This document shows, in pieces, positions 1 to 7,372 of a DNA stretch of 58,454 nucleotides; positions within the stretch are counted from its first letter, which is position 1; every line of letters starts with the position of its first letter. The notes under the pieces are model-generated. The model did no database searches. It worked only from the letters and a program-made list of their open reading frames with translations, and was not told the DNA's origin. This stretch comes from Minisyncoccota bacterium (lineage in GTDB: Bacteria; Patescibacteriota; Patescibacteriia; Patescibacteriales; UBA12465), in contig JAIPJA010000003.1 in NCBI GenBank assembly GCA_021734405.1, positions 1 to 58,454 of the forward strand, read 5' to 3'. A program made the position numbers and the translations under genes.

Positions 1-14
1 ACCTAGGCAAAGAT

Positions 15-227
15 ATGTTTGATAAGCGAATGTTTGGCAAAAAGAAATTCTTTTGTTCTCAAAAATTAAATAAACCAGTTGAGATGACTGGATATGAAGC
101 GTTTAACTTTTATGACCGACACATAAAAGGACTTGAGCCTATTTTTGCGAAAAGCTTTTTTAGTGAATATGCAGGTAATATTGATTACTCTGCTTATACT
201 CTTTCCGAGGATATTCCTGTGATTTGA
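15..227 (+). CDS. hypothetical protein (element cargo), possibly 5'-partial
   Basis: 70-aa ORF from the track. The frame stays open back to nt 3, so the gene may start upstream of the window. No recognisable motif. Confidence 0.3.
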   Translation: MFDKRMFGKKKFFCSQKLNKPVEMTGYEAFNFYDRHIKGLEPIFAKSFFSEYAGNIDYSAYTLSEDIPVI

Positions 228-245
228 ACATGAAAAATCAAGAAT

Positions 246-410
246 ATGATAGAAGAGAAATATATTCTGAAATTTCAAAGATTATATGAAGAAGAATTTA
301 ATGAAAAGATTACTTACGATGAAGCATTAAAACAATGCACTGCGATGTTCAATTTATGTAAAATTGTATATAGACCAATTACCAAAGAAGACCTTGAAAA
401 ATATGATTAA
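246..410 (+). CDS. small hypothetical protein, 54 aa (below the ORF-track cutoff)
   Basis: Hand translation gives ATG(246) MIEEKYILKFQRLYEEEFNEKITYDEALKQCTAMFNLCKIVYRPITKEDLEKYD TAA(408-410). No family recognised. Confidence 0.25.
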   Translation: MIEEKYILKFQRLYEEEFNEKITYDEALKQCTAMFNLCKIVYRPITKEDLEKYD

Positions 411-430
411 CATGGTAATATTTAATTGAT

Positions 431-760
431 ACTCAAACCAAATAAATACCATTTTAAGGCAGGAACATATTTGTCCCCAGAAAGGGGCGGTTCATGCCGA
501 CAAGTATTGCCTTAGGGTGGTATTGGTTTGGGTATCCATGACCGCCCCTTTTTGGTATAAAAAAAGCCATTAGGCTTGTAGGTAATTATTGAAGATGCGT
601 TGTGTACAAGGATTCTTGTTGAATCCCATCTTCTGCTTATTTCGCTCGTCGCTACTCTAAAGCTAATCCTACAATCTAATGGCTAACCAAATCTGTCATT
701 CCCTGTTCATTTGGTACCATTTTAACAAGGTAATTGCTGGCTTGGTCAACTTCCAGCACG
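431..760 (+). ncRNA. candidate structured non-coding RNA or regulatory region upstream of the recombinase (unclassified)
   Basis: No ORF of 60 aa or more on either strand, and locally GC-richer than its surroundings. Nested complementary segments: 566-582/668-683, 591-597/627-633 (GAAGATG/CATCTTC), 610-615/621-626 (GGATTC/GAATCC). Further pairs: 686-692/709-715, 735-740/753-758, 484-496/537-548 followed by T5, and 431-444/521-533. Confidence 0.35.
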
Positions 761-782
761 ATTACTTTAATCTTAATATTTT

Positions 783-2416
783 ATGAAAAATAAATCAACT
801 ACAACTAAATATTTTGCTTATGTCCGCAAATCAACCGAGGGTGAAGAACGACAGGCTTTATCTATTTCCAGTCAAATAGATAAAGTAAAAGAGTCTTTCG
901 CCAATCTTGATGTTGTGGAAGTGTTAGAAGAAAAACATTCGGCTTTTAAGCCGTATAATCGCCCTGTATTTGCCGATATGATTAAGCGGATACAAAACGG
1001 CGAGGCAAGTGGAATAATTGCATGGCACCCCGATAGGCTCTCTAGAAACGAGATTGACGCCTCGACTATTACTTATCTTGTGCGAACTGGAATTATAGAC
1101 GATCTCAAATTCGGCTCATATAATTTTGATAACTCGCCCGAGGGAATAATGATGTTGCAATTATCACTTTCCCAATCTCAATACTTTTCCTCTAAACTGG
1201 GAAAAGATGTTCGGCGTGGACTGGAAAAGAAATTTGAAATGGGTTGGCACCCGAATAAATGCCCGAATGGGTATATTAATATCACGAGAAAAAATCACGG
1301 ATATAGCACGATTAAAACCGATGAGAAGCGATTTAAAATAATGCGTAAAGCTTTTGATTTAATGCTAACAGGTAATTATTCTGTTCCCGAGATATTAGAC
1401 AAGTTAAATGACGAATGGGGCTTTAAGCCTAAAGAGGGTAAAAATCCGCTATCAAGAAGCTCTTTGTATAGAATGTTTACCAATTTGTTTTATACTGGAA
1501 TTATTGAATATAATGGCAAGCAAAAGCAAGGTAAACATAAGCCGATGATAACCTTAGAAGAATATGACCGAATACAATTTTTACTCGGCAGAAACGGCAA
1601 GCCAAGACAAAGAAAAAACGACTTTGCCTATACTGGCTTGATCCGCTGTGCTAATTGCGGTTGTATGATTAGTGCTGATATTAAAAGAAAAATAATCAAA
1701 ACTACTGGCAAAAAAAAGAATATACTTATTATTGTTGCACTCACAAAAAGAGAGAAATAAAATGTAAAGAAAAATCTGTTGAAATTAAAAGTCTTGAAGA
1801 ACAGATTGAGCAAGAGTTATCTAAATACCAATTTGAAAAAGAGTTTAAAGAATTATTGTTTAAAATCATAGATGAAGAAAACGAAAACAAGCCTAAAGAA
1901 AATGAAATAATCGCTGAAAATCTAAGAAACAAAATCAATACACTAAAAATTGAAAAAACCAATTTAACTAAATTGATATGCAAAGGGTTGATTAGTGATG
2001 AGGAATTTCAAAAACAAAGGAATGAATATGAAAAAGAAATCTCTATTATAAAACAAAGATTAAGCAAGCTAGAAAGCAACAAAAAGGACGAAAGACTGGA
2101 AAAAGTAAAATTTGCCATTCAAGCTAAAATCAACTTTGAAAAAGGCAATCAAAAAGACCGCCGAATGGTGCTAAATGAAATCGGCTCGAACCGAGAGATA
2201 AAAGACAAAAAACTAACAATTACGCCCTATAAATGGCTTATTCCTGTTCAAAAAGATATTAAGGGTATTGAGGCTGAATTTTACACGCTCGAACTGGACA
2301 AAACACCTTTAAATACAAAACAAAAAGAGGCTTATACCTCTCTTTGTCGCAATCTGCTCGGGGACAGGGATTCGAACCCCGATTACCTGGACCAAAACCA
2401 GGCGTCCTACCATTAG
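783..2416 (+). CDS. large serine recombinase (integrase); full length of about 544 aa needs a -1 frame change at A_AAA_AAG (1712-1718)
   Basis: N-terminal resolvase motifs YVRKST...Q and HPDRLSRN. The zinc ribbon RCANCGC...(shift)...EYTYYCCTHKKREIKC is restored only by joining ORF 783-1760 to the frame of ORF 1856-2416. That second frame is open from 1718, and a coiled-coil region follows. Confidence 0.8.
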
Positions 2417-2427
2417 ACGATCCCCGA
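2357..2427 (-). tRNA. tRNA-Gln (anticodon UUG)
   Basis: The reverse complement folds as a cloverleaf: TCGGGGA TC GTCT AATGGTA GGAC G CCTGG TTTTGGT CCAGG TAAT CGGGG TTCGAAT CCCTG TCCCCGA G. CCA is not encoded. Confidence 0.9.
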
Positions 2428-2457
2428 ATAACTATCTTATATTAAATTGTAAGTATA

Positions 2458-2487
2458 ATAAAAATAATAAGCTATTTTTCTTAGCTT
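2458..2487 (-). terminator. possible intrinsic terminator after ftsX
   Basis: Minus-strand hairpin AAGCTA-AGAAAAA-TAGCTT followed by ATTATTTTTATT. The stem is short and AT-rich. Confidence 0.35.
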
Positions 2488-2499
2488 GTCAAAAAAATT

Positions 2500-3411
2500 C
2501 TATATCTTAGCATAACGTCTTACTGCTACTAAGCTAGCTAAAACATTTACTAATATTACTAATAGTAATTCTAGACCAAAAATTTGCCAAAAATTACTAA
2601 AGAAATAACCAATAATATCAATATTATAACCAACAAAAAAGACTTCTAAATACGGTTGTAACAGAGATAGGAAAGGATAAAAAGCAGCCACAATTACTCC
2701 CATGCTAAATATACTGTATATTATAGCGGATACAATAAAAGGCATATAAATAAAACTGCCAGAAGCTCCCACTAACCTCATAATATTTATTTCCCTTCTG
2801 TGAGTATAAATAGCTACTCTAATAGAGTTATACACAACAATTAAACTGGTAACCACAAATACAATAATAATAACCATACCAACTTGATTAACTTTATCTG
2901 TGATATTGTTTATCTTTTCTAAAATAATACTATTATCAGTAAAGTCTCTGGACTCTATAATATTGCTTTGATAACCTCTTAAGATGTTTATAAGCTCGGG
3001 AGCTTGCTCACTGGAGCTAGGCATAATAACTAGAGTTGGAGATAGTGGATTCTTACCTAATTCTCTTAAAGCTTGAATAATTTCAGGATTTTTTTCATTC
3101 TTTTCTCTAAAAGACAATAAAGCTTCTTGCTTTGAAATATAATTTACATTCTTTACTTGCTCTAATTCTTCTAATTGAGATTTAAGGCTAAGTATCTGCT
3201 CTTCACTAGCAGTATTGGTTAAATACAAATTTATATCTATCTTCTCTTTAACTGCTTCTATAGCGTTTTGGCTAATAACTTGAACAGTGATTAAGCTGTT
3301 AATAGAAAACAAAGCTAAAATTAAAATAGTTACTGTCACAATTGACAGCCAAATATTTCTAAAAATATCTTGAAAACTAAGCTTTAAAATTCTAAATAAA
3401 AACAAAAACAT
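2500..3411 (-). CDS. ftsX: cell division permease FtsX
   Basis: 303 aa with an N-terminal TM, a large extracytoplasmic loop and three C-terminal TM helices. Lies immediately downstream of ftsE. Confidence 0.85.
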   Translation of the reverse strand: MFLFLFRILKLSFQDIFRNIWLSIVTVTILILALFSINSLITVQVISQNAIEAVKEKIDINLYLTNTASEEQILSLKSQLEELEQVKNVNYISKQEALLSFREKNEKNPEIIQALRELGKNPLSPTLVIMPSSSEQAPELINILRGYQSNIIESRDFTDNSIILEKINNITDKVNQVGMVIIIVFVVTSLIVVYNSIRVAIYTHRREINIMRLVGASGSFIYMPFIVSAIIYSIFSMGVIVAAFYPFLSLLQPYLEVFFVGYNIDIIGYFFSNFWQIFGLELLLVILVNVLASLVAVRRYAKI

Positions 3412-3419
3412 AATTTATA

Positions 3420-4103
3420 TTACCTTATAATATATTTACCTTGCTCTTGATCGCTAATAATTCTACCCTCATCCATAGTAATAACTCTTTTTCTAAGGCG
3501 ATTAACTATCTCCCTATTATGAGTTACCAACACAACTGTAGTACCAAAATTATTAATCTTTTGCAGTAGCTCTATAATCTCATTAGCATTAATAGAGTCT
3601 AAATTCCCTGTAGGCTCATCAGCTAACAGGATTTTTGGTTGATGAACTAAAGACCTGGCAATAGCGGCTCTTTGTTGCTCTCCTCCAGACACTTCATTGG
3701 GATATCTATGCCCTTTATCCTCCAGCCCTACAATACTTAACACACTAGGAACAATCTTTTTAATCTTAGCTGGGCTTTGACTACAGACTTGCAAAGCAAA
3801 GGCAATATTTTCTGATAAAGTTTTTTTAGGTAGTAATTTAAAATCTTGAAAAATAACCCCAATTTGTCGACGCAGGTAAGGAATCTGATTACGGCTAAGT
3901 TTAGTTATATCCCATTCTCCAACAATAACTTTACCTGAATCAACTCTTTCCTCTCCAGTTAAAATCTTTACCAAAGTGGTCTTACCAGTGCCAGACTGTC
4001 CGACAATAGAAACAAATTCACCAGGTCGAATATGAAGACTAACGTTATCTAAAACTGGAAATTTGGGATTATAGTATTTACTAATGTCAAAAATTTTTAT
4101 CAT
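3420..4103 (-). CDS. ftsE: cell division ABC ATPase FtsE
   Basis: Walker A GQSGTGKTT, ABC signature VSGGEQQR, Walker B ILLADEPT. I chose the start at MIKIFDISKYY, because the longer ORF start at 4148 would overlap the upstream gene. Confidence 0.9.
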   Translation of the reverse strand: MIKIFDISKYYNPKFPVLDNVSLHIRPGEFVSIVGQSGTGKTTLVKILTGEERVDSGKVIVGEWDITKLSRNQIPYLRRQIGVIFQDFKLLPKKTLSENIAFALQVCSQSPAKIKKIVPSVLSIVGLEDKGHRYPNEVSGGEQQRAAIARSLVHQPKILLADEPTGNLDSINANEIIELLQKINNFGTTVVLVTHNREIVNRLRKRVITMDEGRIISDQEQGKYIIR

Positions 4104-4104
4104 A

Positions 4105-5694
4105 TTAAAATTTGCTTTGAGCAAAATTAAACATATCTTTTGAGGCAAACAAGCTTTCTTCTTTACTAGTAGCCCCTAAAATCACAGCTATAAGGTTTTT
4201 ATCTCCATAGGGAATACTAACAAATAAACAATTTCCTGCTTCATGTAAATACCCAGTCTTAGAAGCGCTAAAAGGCATAATATCATATCTAAGCCAATAA
4301 TTAGTGCTGTAGAGATTATGTTTCTTATTGGTGTTAATAGTAGAAAAACTATAGCTTCTAGTGCCAGCAATTTCTTTTATAATCGGGTCTTCAAGAGCCT
4401 TCTTAGTTATTATAGCATAATCTAAAGCAGAACTCACGTTTTCAGTAGAAAGCCCTGTAGGCTCTTTAAAATGGGTGTCTTTAGCTTCTAAATCATCAGC
4501 TAAACTATTCATCTGCTTTATAAACTTATCTCTAGAAATTCCTGAATAGCGCACTAAAGTTTCCACAGCATTATTAGCTGAACTAACCAAAGTAGCATAA
4601 AGTAAATCTTTAATAGTCATAGTTTCTCCCTCAGAGACTCTTAACCGAGCTGATTCCCATTTACTACAGTACTGATAATTATATTCTTCATCTTGATATT
4701 TATATTCCACTACTTGTTCTAAGTTTCTATTATTGTTTAAAAACACTTTAACTGCTATTAACTTAGTTAAACTAGCAATGGGTAAAATAGTTTCTGCATC
4801 TTTCTCCCACAACACCTCTCCACTATCTTGATCTATTACTATAGCTGACTTAGCTTTTATCTCAGGAATAAGCAAGGCGCCATCTGAGGATAGACCTAAA
4901 ATTCTACCTGTATTATCTTTAGGCACATGTAGAGGCTCTAAACTAACTTCAATAAGCCCTGCACTTAAAGCACTAATTTTTTTAAAAGCCTCTTTATCTA
5001 AATCAATGGCTCTGTTAGGAAATATTGATCTATCAGGACCAAAATCATTTATCTCCACATCAACATATTTGTTATTAGCTAAATTATAAACCCTAACTTT
5101 AGAACCTTTAGGAAAATCTGGTGAAGCGGCAAACATCCCCCCTTTATAAGCGTACCAACTGGCTTCTCCTTGACCTAAAACTGAAGGATAGGAAAAAACT
5201 GCTAATCTAGCATAAGGCAAATGAATTAACGAACGTACAAAATTTTCTTCAGGGAAATCTTGAGTAGGTAAAGGTCGCCAACTACCATAATTTTTATCAA
5301 AGAAAAATACTTGCTTATAGTCAGAATTTTCTTTATCATAAGCTAATTGAATATAAAAGGGACGATCATGATCATAAGCTGATTTATTTAAAAACTCAAA
5401 TTGATAAACCGGGCTTAATTGTTCTAAACTAAAAGGAGCAAAGGATTCATCTATAATCTCAGTTTTTACCAAAGAAGCTTCTGATAATATATTGGGGGTT
5501 AAAGATAATTTTAATTTATTATCCAAACTAGATACTGTATAACCTCTATTTACAGTGTTTTGATCTAAATTAATTAAACTTTCTTGACTAGCCTGGGCCT
5601 TAAAAGTAAAAAATGTAAATCCTAAAAATAACAATGAAAAAACAAAAACAAATTTAATGCTTTTTTTAAATTGACCTTTGTCAGTGACTTTCAT
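4105..5694 (-). CDS. secreted D-alanyl-D-alanine carboxypeptidase (S11 PBP) fused to an RlpA-like double-psi beta-barrel domain
   Basis: Signal peptide. RlpA-like segment GEASWYAYKGGMFAASPDFPKGSKVRVYNLANNKYVDVEINDFGPD. PBP motifs SLTK (SxxK), SAN (SxN) and KTG. Confidence 0.8.
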   Translation of the reverse strand: MKVTDKGQFKKSIKFVFVFSLLFLGFTFFTFKAQASQESLINLDQNTVNRGYTVSSLDNKLKLSLTPNILSEASLVKTEIIDESFAPFSLEQLSPVYQFEFLNKSAYDHDRPFYIQLAYDKENSDYKQVFFFDKNYGSWRPLPTQDFPEENFVRSLIHLPYARLAVFSYPSVLGQGEASWYAYKGGMFAASPDFPKGSKVRVYNLANNKYVDVEINDFGPDRSIFPNRAIDLDKEAFKKISALSAGLIEVSLEPLHVPKDNTGRILGLSSDGALLIPEIKAKSAIVIDQDSGEVLWEKDAETILPIASLTKLIAVKVFLNNNRNLEQVVEYKYQDEEYNYQYCSKWESARLRVSEGETMTIKDLLYATLVSSANNAVETLVRYSGISRDKFIKQMNSLADDLEAKDTHFKEPTGLSTENVSSALDYAIITKKALEDPIIKEIAGTRSYSFSTINTNKKHNLYSTNYWLRYDIMPFSASKTGYLHEAGNCLFVSIPYGDKNLIAVILGATSKEESLFASKDMFNFAQSKF

Positions 5695-5745
5695 ATAATA
5701 ATTATAGTTAAATCTATATTTGAATTAATAAGAATAACGATTTTA

Positions 5746-5818
5746 GCTGATATAGCTCAATTGGCAGAGCAATTCCTTCGTAAGGAAGAGGTTGTCGGTT
5801 CGACTCCGGCTATCAGCT
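5746..5818 (+). tRNA. tRNA-Thr (anticodon CGU)
   Basis: Cloverleaf GCTGATA TA GCTC AATTGGCA GAGC A ATTCC TTCGTAA GGAAG AGGTT GTCGG TTCGACT CCGGC TATCAGC T. CCA is not encoded. Confidence 0.9.
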
Positions 5819-5890
5819 CAATTCAAGCTTTCTTTGACTAAAATTTGTATTAACAGGTTTTTAAGATAATAAGAATTTAGCTTATCCTTA

Positions 5891-6958
5891 TTATTTTTCC
5901 TGCTTATCACCCACTACATATACTGTCTGAGTTGGATAAGCCATTTCTATTTCTTCTGCTTCAAATTTCTCTTTAATACCTAAATTTAAACTTTGATTTA
6001 AATCCATATACTCATTATAATCAGCACTATCTACATAATAAACTAATTCAAAAATCAAAGCTGAATCGCCAAAACTTTTAAAATGAACTCTATCTAAATC
6101 TACTTTATCTAAAACATTGGTTAACTCCCTAATAATATGTGGAATATTTTTTAATTTCTCTAAAGATGTCCCATAAACTACGCCAAAATTTACCACTATC
6201 CTTCTCTTTTCCATTTTTTTGTAATTATGAATCTTTTTTGAAGTTAAATCAGAATTATTCATAATTATTTGTTCTCCTTGTAAAGATTTTATACGTGTAC
6301 TTTTAAAACCTACCTGCTCTACTGTGCCCATAGTTTGAGGGTCGATGATGATAAAATCTCCTACTTCAAAAGGTTTATCAAAATAAATAGCTAAAGAAGC
6401 AAATACATCTCCTAATATATTTTGGGCAGCTAAAGCTACAGCAATACCACCAATGCCTAAGCCCGCAATTAAAGAAGTTACGTCTACACCTAAATTTGAT
6501 AAAGCCAAAAGCAAGCCAAAAGACCACATTAATAGATTAATAACTGTTTTTAATAGTGGAAATAAGTGTTGTTTTTGACTGTCAGCGCTAGCTTGTTTGT
6601 TTATCCAATAACCTACAAGAATTTGTAAGATTACTGAACCCTGATAAAAAGCTAAAAATATAAATAAAGTGTTTACAATTTTAGGGATTAATGAACCTAA
6701 CTCTAATAGCTGACTAGAAAGCCATAAAGATAAAACTAAAATAAATACTCCTTTTATAGACTTAACAACGTCCACTATCTTATCATCAAAAGTGTTAACA
6801 CTTTTTTTGCTTAACTTTTCCAAACGATGCCAAAGACGATTCTTTATTATCTTAAAGATAATTAGCAAGGCGATAAAGAGACCTAAAGCCCAGGCGTAGT
6901 CAGCCATGGTGTTATAAAAGATCTCAGTCTGCCAGCTCAATGTATTAAAAAAATTCAT
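5891..6958 (-). CDS. small-conductance mechanosensitive channel (MscS family)
   Basis: 355 aa with N-terminal TM helices and the MscS beta-domain signature GDFIIIDPQTMGTVEQVGFKSTRIKSLQGEQIIMNNSDL. Confidence 0.85.
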   Translation of the reverse strand: MNFFNTLSWQTEIFYNTMADYAWALGLFIALLIIFKIIKNRLWHRLEKLSKKSVNTFDDKIVDVVKSIKGVFILVLSLWLSSQLLELGSLIPKIVNTLFIFLAFYQGSVILQILVGYWINKQASADSQKQHLFPLLKTVINLLMWSFGLLLALSNLGVDVTSLIAGLGIGGIAVALAAQNILGDVFASLAIYFDKPFEVGDFIIIDPQTMGTVEQVGFKSTRIKSLQGEQIIMNNSDLTSKKIHNYKKMEKRRIVVNFGVVYGTSLEKLKNIPHIIRELTNVLDKVDLDRVHFKSFGDSALIFELVYYVDSADYNEYMDLNQSLNLGIKEKFEAEEIEMAYPTQTVYVVGDKQEK

Positions 6959-6961
6959 AAC

Positions 6962-7366
6962 TTATTTTATAAAATATCTAAGCCAACGCCCTGGATTAGA
7001 TACCTCTTCATTATTATTTTCTTGATTTTTAACTTTAGGCCCAATTATACTATCTTCAGTTTTAATTACCACCACTTGCTCTCCTGGCTTCTTTAAACCT
7101 AAATTTGTTCTAGCTTTAGCCTCTAAAGATTCTTCTGAATTCAAATATTTTATCATTTCATCTAATTCTTTATTAGAACTTTCATATTTAGCAATCTCTG
7201 CTTTTATCTCATCAATTTCTATGTCAATAACTTTTTTTTGTTGCCAATTTCCATATAGCGGTATAGCAATTAAGACTAAAGCTACTATTCCTAAAAATAA
7301 CCAAAAAATTGAATTAGAAAAAATTCTTTGCAAAATATTAGGTTCATTTTTTCTATAACTTCTCAT
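6962..7366 (-). CDS. ftsB: septum formation initiator (FtsB/DivIC family)
   Basis: Single TM, a coiled coil, and the conserved tail EAKARTNLGLKKPGEQVVVI. Confidence 0.7.
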   Translation of the reverse strand: MRSYRKNEPNILQRIFSNSIFWLFLGIVALVLIAIPLYGNWQQKKVIDIEIDEIKAEIAKYESSNKELDEMIKYLNSEESLEAKARTNLGLKKPGEQVVVIKTEDSIIGPKVKNQENNNEEVSNPGRWLRYFIK

Positions 7367-7372
7367 AAAAAT

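Larger units (their letters stand above)
1..2356 (+). mobile_element. right-hand end of an integrated element (prophage or integrative island) abutting tRNA-Gln; left boundary lies outside the window
   Basis: The large serine recombinase is the last gene before tRNA-Gln (2357-2427) and runs antisense into it. It is preceded by orphan small ORFs and a structured non-coding segment, unlike the housekeeping genes to the right. Confidence 0.45.

Noticed and set aside
484-553. A GGGGCGG... 5' end that superficially recalls tmRNA, a common integration target
   Set aside because: There is no T-arm (GTTCGAATC-like), no 3' ACCA-proximal acceptor pairing and no plausible tag reading frame ending in a hydrophobic ...AA. 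I treat it as part of the unclassified structured region.
1628-1983. Minus-strand ORFs 1628-1813 and 1741-1983
   Set aside because: They are antisense to the serine recombinase, Phe/Leu/Ile-rich and without a motif.
3420-4148. Longer N-terminal extensions offered by the ORF track for ftsE (to 4148), the response regulator (to 22065), the GT2 (to 12592) and rsh (TTG at 48034)
   Set aside because: The extensions overlap upstream genes or add non-conserved hydrophobic junk. Internal ATG starts give canonical N-termini such as MIKIFD... and MSNQEPVKILLVEDD...
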